In this document: positions 36,329 to 45,133 of the stretch, in pieces | How positions within the stretch are numbered: position 1 is the stretch's first letter | Layout: each line of letters begins with the position of its first letter | IMG/VR virus record: IMGVR_UViG_3300034737_000014 | Location: 1 to 60,641 of that record | Reading direction: 5' to 3' (one strand) | Length of the DNA stretch: 60,641 bases | Origin: a virus | Lineage: Duplodnaviria; Caudoviricetes | Translations under genes and position numbers: made by a program | The notes under the pieces: model-generated | What the model saw: the letters and a program-made list of their open reading frames with translations, nothing else | What the model was told of the DNA's origin: nothing | Databases searched by the model: none

Positions 36329-38440
36329 ATGATTATCCCGACACAGGAACCGGACAAAGACGAGAAGAAGATTGCTGACGCTAATCTTAAAGCTTTCCGC
36401 CGTGCATACGAGGCAGGCTTCACTAAATGGCTGACTGTAGCTGATCTGTGTGACCGTTACTACCAAGGAGACCAGTGGGAGAAAGAGGACTTAGATGTCC
36501 TTGCCAAGCTTAAACGCCCAGCCTTAACGCTAAACGTGGTTCGTCCAACGATGAATGCCATCCTTGGCGAGTACGTTAATAAGCGCGCTACGTTCAACGT
36601 TAAGCCTCAAACCGAAGGCGACCAGCAGGTTGCTGACGTGCTTACTAAGATCATGATGCAGATTGCGGATGAGAACCAGTTCGAGCACGTAGAGGGTACA
36701 GTATTCCAAGACGGTATGATTACCGACCGCGGTTATTTCGATATTCGCATGGATTTCGACGATAACATTAGCGGAGACATCCGCATTACCTCCCTAGACC
36801 CAACAACTGTGGTACCAGACCCGCAGGCTAAGGAGTGGAACCCTGATACATGGCGCGAAGTTTACATCACAAAATGGTTAAGCATTGATGATATTGCCGA
36901 GCTGTATGGTGACGCGAAGGCAGAAGACGCGCGAACTCAAGCATTAAGTACCAACTTAGGGGCTGAATATGCAGAGTATACACGCCGCGGTACTTTCGGT
37001 ACACCAGAGTTCGGCTATGCCTATGATCAGATTCCTTCAGATGAACGCGACGTTAAGCGTATTCGTGTCATTGACCGCCAACATTTTGTCATTGACCGCC
37101 AAAAAGTATTCGTAGACCCTATTACTGGTGAAGAATCTCAAGTCCCGGACAACTGGGACGACGCTAGGGTCGATGAGTATACCGCGTTGACAGGCAGCTA
37201 TATAATCACTAAGACAACAAAACGCGTACGTTGGACAGTATCAGCAGGGTCGGTAGTCCTTCATGATGACTTCTCACCTTATCCATTCTTCACAGTTGTA
37301 CCTTATTTCCCACAATTCCGTCGCGGTAAACCACTAGGGTGGGTACGTGACCTGATTGACGCCCAGCAGCAGATCAATAAGTTGGCCTCCCAGTCTCTTC
37401 ACGTTGTCAACAGTACCGCTAATAGCGGCTGGGAAATGGAAGAAGGCGCGTTGGTGAATATGACGCCTGAAGAATTGGCAGCTAACGGTTCTAAAACTGG
37501 CTTGGTTTTAGTGCGTGCTCCTGGTAAACAAATATCTAAGATTCAGCCGAACCAGATTCCGTCAGGTTTGATGCAGTTCGTAGAGTACGCGCAGGATATG
37601 GTGCGCCGTATCAGTGGCGTATCAGACTACATGGTTGGTGAAGGCAGTTCAGAGGTTAGCGGTATTGCCCTAGACGCCCGCATTAGCCGCAATTTATCTC
37701 AGTTGCAACCAGCGTTTGATAGCCTAGATCGTACGCGTACCTTGTTGGCTAAACGCATGTTGCATCTGATTCAAACATATTACACCGATACTCGCATTTT
37801 CCGCATCACCTCTGAAACCGAGACTGGTGAAGCTACCCGTGAGGCCATCGCCGTCAACCAGCCTACCCCAGAAGGCACCGTGATTAATGATTTAACCATT
37901 GGGGAGTATGACGTAGTAGTTTCTAGCCAGCCTAGTCGTCAGACTTTCGTAGAGACTCAGTTTGCACAGGCTATCCAAATGGCACAGGCTGGTATCCCAG
38001 TACCACCAGACGTTATGGTTGAGTTGTCTAATTTCGCACGTAAGAATGAGATCGCGGAGCGTATCCGTCAGCAGATGGGTATGGGGCAACCTACGCCAGA
38101 ACAGCAGCAACAACAACAGATGCAGCAGCAAATACAGATGCAGCAGGTCATGCTGGAGATGCAGAAACTTCAAGCGCAGATCACCGAGCTTAATACTCAA
38201 GCAGAGCTTAACCAAGCTAAAGCTTATGCCGCGGTCACTAATCCATCTATTGAGTACAAAGGTACAGTGGCTAAACAGCAGACAGCTTTGCAAAACAAAT
38301 CTGCGGAGCTGGACGCTAAGACAGCTATCGCTCGTATGCAAACGCTGGCGCGCTCCGCAGAAGGCGGTCGTATACGTGAGGCAGAGCCTTATCGACCAAA
38401 TCAGATTCAGAGTATGACAGCAGGCGCGGAGGGAATCTAA
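36329..38440 (+). CDS. portal protein (P22-like)
   Basis: YYQGDQW, RPALTLN, GWVRDLIDAQ...NK, SGIAL, GEYDVVV and a Gln-rich barrel. Confidence 0.9.
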   Translation: MIIPTQEPDKDEKKIADANLKAFRRAYEAGFTKWLTVADLCDRYYQGDQWEKEDLDVLAKLKRPALTLNVVRPTMNAILGEYVNKRATFNVKPQTEGDQQVADVLTKIMMQIADENQFEHVEGTVFQDGMITDRGYFDIRMDFDDNISGDIRITSLDPTTVVPDPQAKEWNPDTWREVYITKWLSIDDIAELYGDAKAEDARTQALSTNLGAEYAEYTRRGTFGTPEFGYAYDQIPSDERDVKRIRVIDRQHFVIDRQKVFVDPITGEESQVPDNWDDARVDEYTALTGSYIITKTTKRVRWTVSAGSVVLHDDFSPYPFFTVVPYFPQFRRGKPLGWVRDLIDAQQQINKLASQSLHVVNSTANSGWEMEEGALVNMTPEELAANGSKTGLVLVRAPGKQISKIQPNQIPSGLMQFVEYAQDMVRRISGVSDYMVGEGSSEVSGIALDARISRNLSQLQPAFDSLDRTRTLLAKRMLHLIQTYYTDTRIFRITSETETGEATREAIAVNQPTPEGTVINDLTIGEYDVVVSSQPSRQTFVETQFAQAIQMAQAGIPVPPDVMVELSNFARKNEIAERIRQQMGMGQPTPEQQQQQQMQQQIQMQQVMLEMQKLQAQITELNTQAELNQAKAYAAVTNPSIEYKGTVAKQQTALQNKSAELDAKTAIARMQTLARSAEGGRIREAEPYRPNQIQSMTAGAEGI

Positions 38441-38799
38441 TGGCTAAGATAGATGAAGTACGGCAACTAAGCCCCCTAGCGCAGTTAGGGGCATACGGCG
38501 ATAGATTCAATGACAATACTAACCGCTACGGCGGAGCCGGTTTGAAAGGCGACGGTTGGTTCGGCCCTATACCCCTATCTAACGGCGAAGTAGCTACTGA
38601 ATACTCATCAGCGGATAAGTTCGGCACTAACCGTTATATAGGTTTCCCTACTAACCCCCCAACCCTTACTCCTATGGAGTTGATGCGATGGAAGCAAGCT
38701 GCATCCGCACATGCAGAGGTGCCAAATGACATCTACGAAAAAGCTAGGGAATTTGCTAAACAGCGTCTTGACATGGGGCTATCGCCTTTTGTAGAGTGA
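38440..38799 (+). CDS. hypothetical protein between portal and scaffold
   Basis: Coupled to the portal (TAATG); GGAGG upstream. Confidence 0.6.
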   Translation: MAKIDEVRQLSPLAQLGAYGDRFNDNTNRYGGAGLKGDGWFGPIPLSNGEVATEYSSADKFGTNRYIGFPTNPPTLTPMELMRWKQAASAHAEVPNDIYEKAREFAKQRLDMGLSPFVE

Positions 38800-38870
38800 A
38801 GGGGAGACCTAGCGTACGATTTTCAACAATAATTAGTTTTTTATGACCAACAAATATAAGGACTACACCA

Positions 38871-39827
38871 ATGAGTGACTGGATGACTGAACTCGAAGAC
38901 GAGTTGAAAAACAAACCTACTGAAGCTCCAGTAGCAGCAGTAGAACCAGAACCCGCTGAAGAACCAGCGGCAGCGGCAGCAGAACCAGAGCCTACTGAAG
39001 CGCCAGCAACGGCAGCAGTAGAGCCAGAACCTACTGACCCACAACCCATAGATGAAGGCACTCCGCCTGTATCCACAGGAGAGGAACCAGCGCCTCAACA
39101 ACGTGCGCCTATGATTCCCAAGTCTCGTCTCGATGAAGAGATCGAGAAGCGCCGTAAGCTAGAAGAAGAACTTAAACTGGCACGCAGCTTTGTGGAACAA
39201 ACGATGCAACAGCGTCAGGCGCCACAGCAACAACAGGAACCTCAGCCAACGCCAGATGATATTCTCAATGCGCTATATAAACGTGAGTATGATGCGTTAC
39301 TAGATGGTGACACGGCCGCAGCAATGCAATTCCGCCGCCAAGCCGACAGCCTTCGCACTGAAATGATTCGTCAGCAGACACTACAGGAAGCCCAGAGCGT
39401 AGTTCATGGTAACTTTGAACAGACAGCTTTCAACCAGCGTTTATCGCAGGTTGTAGAACAATATCCTGTTTTCCTAGAAACAAGCGATGACTATGACCCA
39501 CAACTAGCCCAAATGGCATTGACTATGGGTAACGCGTTTAAGGCCCAAGGATTGAATAGTGTGGCGGCACTTGAGAAAACCTTGGAAACATTAAAGCCAA
39601 TCCTTGACGCACGGTATGCCCCACCTGCACAGACCCCCGCAGCTCCACCAGCTCCGATCAAAAACGTAGCTGCTAAGGTAGCTGCCTCTCGCGCCCAACC
39701 ACCAGCTACGCAGAATGCTGGGTCTACTCAACGCGCTGCGGCTAAGGTAGATGTGATGTCTATGACGGTAGAAGACTTCGAGAAACTGCCGCAAGACGAA
39801 ATCAATAAACTATTACGCGGTGGATGA
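38871..39827 (+). CDS. capsid scaffolding protein
   Basis: Acidic Pro/Ala repeats, MIPKSRLDE, and C-terminal MTVEDFEKLP...LRG; precedes the capsid gene. Confidence 0.8.
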   Translation: MSDWMTELEDELKNKPTEAPVAAVEPEPAEEPAAAAAEPEPTEAPATAAVEPEPTDPQPIDEGTPPVSTGEEPAPQQRAPMIPKSRLDEEIEKRRKLEEELKLARSFVEQTMQQRQAPQQQQEPQPTPDDILNALYKREYDALLDGDTAAAMQFRRQADSLRTEMIRQQTLQEAQSVVHGNFEQTAFNQRLSQVVEQYPVFLETSDDYDPQLAQMALTMGNAFKAQGLNSVAALEKTLETLKPILDARYAPPAQTPAAPPAPIKNVAAKVAASRAQPPATQNAGSTQRAAAKVDVMSMTVEDFEKLPQDEINKLLRGG

Positions 39828-39850
39828 TACTGTCCAGTCTGCCCGGGCTT

Positions 39851-39873
39851 TCCCCTCTTCGGAGGGGCTTTTT
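39851..39873 (+). terminator. intrinsic terminator after the scaffold gene
   Basis: cccctc-TTCG-gagggg followed by a T-tract. Confidence 0.8.
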
Positions 39874-39885
39874 GTATTTTAGGGC

Positions 39886-39914
39886 TTGACAATAAGCATA
39901 ACTTATTATATAAA
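39886..39914 (+). promoter_or_regulatory. sigma70-type promoter with operator in the spacer (capsid)
   Basis: TTGACA-N17-TATAAA; AATAAG-CATAA-CTTATT at 39891-39907. Confidence 0.7.
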
Positions 39915-39919
39915 GGGAG

Positions 39920-40110
39920 CGTACAACCAGATTCCTCGTCAGGCCACGATACGGCCAATCTGAGTGTGCCGGTTCGTCACCGTTAACAGTCGTATTTTTT
40001 ACTTTCGTGTGCCTTCTGGGAGTGTCCTGGTGGGCGTGGCAACGACACAGCCAAGTGATTGGATTGGGTGTTCCCCAATCGAAAGAACTTTTTTGTTATT
40101 TGCCAACATA
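39920..40110 (+). ncRNA. candidate structured ~200-nt 5' leader of the capsid mRNA
   Basis: Repeated CGT..GGC-ACGA-x-AC-x-GCC units and further hairpins. Confidence 0.4.
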
Positions 40111-40122
40111 CAGGAGAAGTAT

Positions 40123-41247
40123 ATGGCGACTATTAATGCTCTGAACAGCACCTCATTTGCGGCGATGAACGCCGAAGAGAAAAAGATTTGGTCCTTAAAC
40201 TTCTGGAAAGAAGTACGTAACCAGTCATTCTTAACTGGCTTCTTGGGCGCAGACCAAAACGCAGTAGTACAACGTGTTAGCGAATTGAAAGCTACCGAGA
40301 AAGGTACTAAGGCAATCATCCACTTGATTCCTAATGCTTCATTAGGCGGTGTGGCTGGTGACAACACTTTACGCGGTAACGAAGACACTGTTACTGCACA
40401 TAGTATGGAAATTCAATACGACCAATATGCTATCGCTATGGCAAACAAAGGCCGTATGGACGATCAGAAATCTGTGTTTGATTTCCGTACAGTAGCTAAA
40501 GATCAGTTAGCTTACGGTATGGCTAAGTTGGTGGACGAGTTAGCCTTCCAAACTATGGCGGGTATTCCTTACACTCTAAACGTCGATGGTTCTCCACGTA
40601 CCACAGGCCAAGTGAGCCAGTTAGCTTTCGCTGCTGACGTATCTGCTCCTACAGCTAACCGTTGGTTACGTTACAATCCAAATACTGACAAGTTAGAAGC
40701 TGGTGACACTGCGACTATGACATCTGACAACAAGATGACATACCGCGCTTTGGTTCGTGCTAAAGCTTATGCAGTTAGCAAGCGTATCAAAGGCTTGACG
40801 ATGAATGGTAAAGAAACTTACCACGTGTTCGTTGACCCTATCACTATGTCTAACTTGAAACTAGACCCAGACTTCTTAGCGAACGTTCGTGCTGCTGCGG
40901 CTTCTTTGGGTAACAACTCTGAGTTGTTCAAAGGCGGTATCCCAACAGTTGACGGTTTGGTAATCCACGAGTCTATGTATGTTCCTAACACTTTAGGCGC
41001 TGCATCTGGTTCTAAGTGGGGTAGCGACGGTAAACTAGATGGCGCTCGTTGTTTGGTGGTCGGTGCTCAAGCGCTTGCTTTCGCTGACATCAACACTCCT
41101 GAGTGGGAAGAACAGACAGAAGACTACAACCGTAAGTTCGGTATCAGTATCTCTAAAATCTTTGGCTTCAAAAAACCTAAGTTTATGAGTTCTTACTCTG
41201 GTACGGTTGAAGACGTTGGCGTAATCGCGTTCGACGTAGCACTGTAA
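40123..41247 (+). CDS. major capsid protein (N4-gp56/DUF4043-like)
   Basis: Start MATIN after AGGAG; GDNTLRGNE, DQKSVFDFR, VDGLVIHE, GAQALAFA and GFKKPKF. Confidence 0.88.
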   Translation: MATINALNSTSFAAMNAEEKKIWSLNFWKEVRNQSFLTGFLGADQNAVVQRVSELKATEKGTKAIIHLIPNASLGGVAGDNTLRGNEDTVTAHSMEIQYDQYAIAMANKGRMDDQKSVFDFRTVAKDQLAYGMAKLVDELAFQTMAGIPYTLNVDGSPRTTGQVSQLAFAADVSAPTANRWLRYNPNTDKLEAGDTATMTSDNKMTYRALVRAKAYAVSKRIKGLTMNGKETYHVFVDPITMSNLKLDPDFLANVRAAAASLGNNSELFKGGIPTVDGLVIHESMYVPNTLGAASGSKWGSDGKLDGARCLVVGAQALAFADINTPEWEEQTEDYNRKFGISISKIFGFKKPKFMSSYSGTVEDVGVIAFDVAL

Positions 41248-41263
41248 TCTAGGCAACTAGGAT

Positions 41264-41285
41264 GGGCGGGGGAACCCGCCCTCTT
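41264..41285 (+). terminator. hairpin after the capsid gene
   Basis: gggcggg-ggaa-cccgccc-tctt. Confidence 0.55.
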
Positions 41286-41300
41286 ACTAAGGAGAACCTT

Positions 41301-41486
41301 ATGGCTTTAGTTAAAGCATTAAACGGTGTGATTCAGGTCGTAGACGGTATCCACTCGTTTTCAGTCGGTACAGAACCGCAAGAAATTCCCGATGCGTTGG
41401 TAGATGCCGCCGTATCACAAGGCTGTCAGTTGGTTGAAAACAAACCAGCACGCACAGCAACAAAGAAAGCAGAGCCAACTGAATAA
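41301..41486 (+). CDS. small head-associated protein
   Basis: AAGGAG RBS; start MALVK. Confidence 0.55.
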   Translation: MALVKALNGVIQVVDGIHSFSVGTEPQEIPDALVDAAVSQGCQLVENKPARTATKKAEPTE

Positions 41487-42097
41487 TGGACGTACTCAAC
41501 CTTCGCCGCAATGTTGCGCTAGTAACCAAGAACGCTCCCGATTTTATTATCGAGGAAGCGATTGTGAACGCCACACAGCAGTTGTGTGTGGAGGCCGAGA
41601 TTTGGCAAGCGATGATTGAGATTGATACTTCACCTGGTGACAACGAGGTATCAATCTCATCTCCATCTGGCGCCTCAGTGGTGCGTATTATGTGGGCCAC
41701 GCTAGGAGATCGTAAGCTGCAAGCCGTAGGCCCTTCGGAGTACGCTACAGCATTTACAGATACTGATCGTGCTACGCCGAAATACTACTATCAAGTGGAT
41801 AGTGGAACCTTGGCAGTGTTCCCTATGCCGGCAACAATAGAGACAGGGCAGGCACGAGTAGTTTGCCGCCTACGGGATAATACAACTAATTTACCCGATG
41901 ACCTATACTCGCTGTATAAAGAAGCGATTGTTTTTGGCGCGCTAACACGCGTACTAGCAAACCCGAGTGACTTCGGCAACCCTTCGTTGGCCAACCAGTA
42001 CGAGCAACGTTGGTTTGCTGCTATTGATAGAGCCAGAGGGCGAGCTACCCGTAGCAAAGACAACACCGTACTAGAAGCTACCTACGGAGGTTACTGA
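41486..42097 (+). CDS. head-tail adaptor protein
   Basis: Position after the capsid gene; TPKYY...VFPMP and AIVFGAL adaptor-like pattern. Confidence 0.6.
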   Translation: MDVLNLRRNVALVTKNAPDFIIEEAIVNATQQLCVEAEIWQAMIEIDTSPGDNEVSISSPSGASVVRIMWATLGDRKLQAVGPSEYATAFTDTDRATPKYYYQVDSGTLAVFPMPATIETGQARVVCRLRDNTTNLPDDLYSLYKEAIVFGALTRVLANPSDFGNPSLANQYEQRWFAAIDRARGRATRSKDNTVLEATYGGY

Positions 42098-42546
42098 TGC
42101 TATATCGCCTGAACGAGCAAGCCTTAGTGACCTCCGCTGATTACTTGTTGGACGGCGACCATGCTATCATGCTTATTGAGGGTCTCGCAGAAGTAAATAA
42201 ACAATCCGGTATGGAGTTAGATACTGACGCGGTTGGTAAAGATGTTTTGTCCGGCCGACTGCGTAACCTGACAGTGGTCGATAACGAGTTCAACCCGATT
42301 GGTTTTGTTCTTTACCACGTGTCAAAAACAGGATACGATATTAACGTCGGTTTGCACGTAATTGCTATGTACATGCGCCCTGGTCATGCAGCAGTAACCA
42401 CTAAGCTGCTGGACTTTATCAAACTGGTAGCCCGCTCTTTGGGGGCTACTAAGGTGGTAGGTATTTCACGACGGAAAGGCTGGTCTCGCAGGATGAAGCC
42501 CGACGTAACTTTTCAACTAGGTATTTGGGATTTAAGCAATGAGTAA
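42097..42546 (+). CDS. GNAT-like acetyltransferase-fold protein
   Basis: IGFVL...LHVIAMY...ARSLGATKV...RRKGWSR; the typical position before podovirus ejection genes. Confidence 0.55.
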   Translation: MLYRLNEQALVTSADYLLDGDHAIMLIEGLAEVNKQSGMELDTDAVGKDVLSGRLRNLTVVDNEFNPIGFVLYHVSKTGYDINVGLHVIAMYMRPGHAAVTTKLLDFIKLVARSLGATKVVGISRRKGWSRRMKPDVTFQLGIWDLSNE

Positions 42547-43177
42547 AGGCGGCAGTGCTCCACCTCCACCAGAAGAGAGTCAATACTCCAAGACTTTGGC
42601 GCGCATCGCAAACGAGCGTTGGGCTGATTATAAGGACCGTTTTCAGCCTGTAGAATCGGCGTATATGAATAGCGTAAACCAGCTAGATAGTAATACTAAC
42701 TATGCTGGCGCTATGGCTAAAGGTATTTCTGCGGCTAACTCTACCGCAGGCAACCATTATATGGACGCTGCCTTGCAGATGGCCGCCGGCGGCTCGGCGT
42801 CTCCGTTGATGCAACTTGGCTCTGCCTCTATGAATGCAATGGCTGACGGGGTGTACGGCGGTGCAGCGAGTCAGAGGGGCAATTTCCTACAACAGGCGCA
42901 AGGCGTAGCTAACTTAGGAAACGGAACAGTTGATCAGACTATTGGCACATTCAAAACAGTAAGTGACGCAGACACCTCCCGCATCAATAGCAACTTTGCG
43001 AACTTAGCGGGCAGTAGAATTTCCGCGCAGAATGCCAACACTGCCCTACTAGGCGAGCTTACCCAACTAGGTGCCATGTACGGCGCGCATAATGGGTGGT
43101 TCAGTAGTAAACCGAAAGACGTAAATATTGGTGGTAAGTTAGATGGTATTAGCGGCACAGAAGGGTGGTTTAGATGA
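42539..43177 (+). CDS. putative ejection (internal virion) protein, paralog 1
   Basis: MSKGGSAPPP N-terminus; Ala/Gly/Asn/Gln-rich helical sequence. Confidence 0.6.
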   Translation: MSKGGSAPPPPEESQYSKTLARIANERWADYKDRFQPVESAYMNSVNQLDSNTNYAGAMAKGISAANSTAGNHYMDAALQMAAGGSASPLMQLGSASMNAMADGVYGGAASQRGNFLQQAQGVANLGNGTVDQTIGTFKTVSDADTSRINSNFANLAGSRISAQNANTALLGELTQLGAMYGAHNGWFSSKPKDVNIGGKLDGISGTEGWFR

Positions 43178-43728
43178 GTAAAGGAAGTTCAGCTCCGGCA
43201 CCAATTCCAGAGAGCGAATACAGTAAGTCGATGGCGCGTATAGCCGACGACCAGTACAACTACTACAAGTCTAACTACCAACCGTTTGAAGACAATTTAA
43301 TTGCCAAAAGCAAAGAGAGTCCTTTGGCCGGACTAGGTCGCGTTAATGACTCTTTCACTGCTGGAAGTGCCATGACTAATGGTATGGCGGGTAGAAGCTT
43401 GTCACGCTTTGGCGTAGCGCCCATGCCAGCTCAACTCCAAGATATGTCACGCCTTAACTCGTTAAATACAGCCGCTGCTACAGGGAAAGGCGTAACAGAT
43501 TATGCTACTAATACAGTCAACCAGGACACAGCGTTACAGGGTATGCTAGCCGGCATGGGTAAGAGAGCTGTAGGCCAAGCAAGCGACGGGCTAGGTACAG
43601 CCAACAGCAATTACATGTCGCAGCAGCAGCAGTACCAGCAAGCGCAGATGGCGCAAAATCAGGCGAATCAAGCGGCTACCAACCAAAATATTGGCACCGC
43701 TGCGACTTTTGCGATGATGTTTTTCTGA
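43174..43728 (+). CDS. putative ejection protein, paralog 2
   Basis: MSKGSSAPAP...SEYSKSMARIA aligns with paralog 1. Confidence 0.6.
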   Translation: MSKGSSAPAPIPESEYSKSMARIADDQYNYYKSNYQPFEDNLIAKSKESPLAGLGRVNDSFTAGSAMTNGMAGRSLSRFGVAPMPAQLQDMSRLNSLNTAAATGKGVTDYATNTVNQDTALQGMLAGMGKRAVGQASDGLGTANSNYMSQQQQYQQAQMAQNQANQAATNQNIGTAATFAMMFF

Positions 43729-44426
43729 TGAAAGCGATACAGTTCTCAGGTGGCAAAGATTCCACAGTCATGCTTTATAGGTTGAAGCATTTGTGGGACG
43801 AAGCCACTGTATTCTGGGTTAGTACCGGGGATACCCCGCCAGAGGTACGTGAGTTTGTGGAAGCTGTCCGCGCTATGGTACCGAGCTTTGTTGAGATAGC
43901 ATCGGATGTAATAAGTGACAAGGCCGCTAATGGATTTCCCACGGACTACCTTAGTAACACTGACAGAATCGCCGCCGCTGGCGGGACGAACAACGGCAAG
44001 AAACGAAGGACGTCTTTTGATTGCTGCTTTAGTAATATAATGTTACCCATGCACGAAGCGATGAAAGCGCGTGGTGTAACAGAGATTTACCGTGGACAAC
44101 GCAACGATGACGCTAACAAGGCACCTTTACAAGATGGCCAAGTAGTGGACGGGGTTACCTACCGATTTCCCATAAAGGACTTGACTGAGCAGCAGGTATT
44201 AGCTGAGTTGGATTTGCTAAGAAAACAGGGCTTACCTGTGCCTACGTGGTACAATGAGCTTAATAGCACCCCCGACTGCTTGCACTGTACCGGATGGTTA
44301 TCAGAGAACCGCGGTAGCTGGTTAAAGAAAAATCATCCAGAGGCTTACATACTGTATTCTAAAGAGATAGCTGCGTTAGTTGATGACTTACGCGCAGCCG
44401 CACAGAGATTAGAGGAGGCTAGATAA
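43728..44426 (+). CDS. PAPS-reductase-family (PP-loop) protein
   Basis: FSGGKDS, STG, CC, GQRNDD, FPI and CLHC motifs. Confidence 0.8.
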   Translation: MKAIQFSGGKDSTVMLYRLKHLWDEATVFWVSTGDTPPEVREFVEAVRAMVPSFVEIASDVISDKAANGFPTDYLSNTDRIAAAGGTNNGKKRRTSFDCCFSNIMLPMHEAMKARGVTEIYRGQRNDDANKAPLQDGQVVDGVTYRFPIKDLTEQQVLAELDLLRKQGLPVPTWYNELNSTPDCLHCTGWLSENRGSWLKKNHPEAYILYSKEIAALVDDLRAAAQRLEEAR

Positions 44427-45133
44427 TGGCACAGATATACGAAATCCCGCGTTTCAATACCGCGTCACCCTTGGCAGGTATCGCGCAGTTGTATGCGACA
44501 TATAAGGGCATTGAGCGACAAGACGCTCAGGATCAGTATGCGAAAGAGAAAGACGCTAAAACCTTTGCATTGCAAGAACAGGAGGTAGGGGCTACGCGCG
44601 ATAGAACGGCTATGGAAGCGGAAATCGCGGCCCGCCGTATGCAGCATGAAGGTGCCCTCCAGCAAGCTAAAATGGATTGGGAGAAAGACCCGAATAACCC
44701 TGACACTAAGTACCGTCTAGCGATGGCGGATGCAGCCTTAAAGAACGCGAATACGCAGGCTGGGCTAGACGCCGCGCACGCAGATTATTTTGGGCAGCTT
44801 GGGTCAGATTTAGCCGCTACTAGGGAGTTAATGTCTAAGTTCGGTAACATCATCTTAGAGGCGCAACAAAAAGCAGGCCAAGCCCCTACACCGCTAGGCA
44901 ACCTGGCGCCGACAGGCAATCCTCAAGCGAATGATAAATTCGTGGCGCAACCAATTGTCGCGGCGCAACAATATGCCCCGACGCCTACCCCGCCTGGTAG
45001 TTTGTCTGATGCAGACTTGCAAAGGTTGGTTATGCAACAACACCGAGCTATGGCTGGAGTGCGGGGTTACAATGGTATTTCGTGGGATACACCACGCCCG
45101 GTAGGAACCAATAGTAGAGGAGCGGTTCGATAA
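44426..45133 (+). CDS. putative ejection protein
   Basis: Ala/Gln-rich helical protein in the ejection cluster. Confidence 0.5.
   Translation: MAQIYEIPRFNTASPLAGIAQLYATYKGIERQDAQDQYAKEKDAKTFALQEQEVGATRDRTAMEAEIAARRMQHEGALQQAKMDWEKDPNNPDTKYRLAMADAALKNANTQAGLDAAHADYFGQLGSDLAATRELMSKFGNIILEAQQKAGQAPTPLGNLAPTGNPQANDKFVAQPIVAAQQYAPTPTPPGSLSDADLQRLVMQQHRAMAGVRGYNGISWDTPRPVGTNSRGAVR

Noticed and set aside
38095-39060. Poly-Gln in the portal and PTEAP/EPEP repeats in the scaffold
   Set aside because: These are ordinary low-complexity coding repeats for these protein families.
39964-40122. 53-codon N-terminal extension of the capsid protein
   Set aside because: No RBS at the GTG; a strong AGGAG precedes ATG 40123; the region looks like a structured leader.
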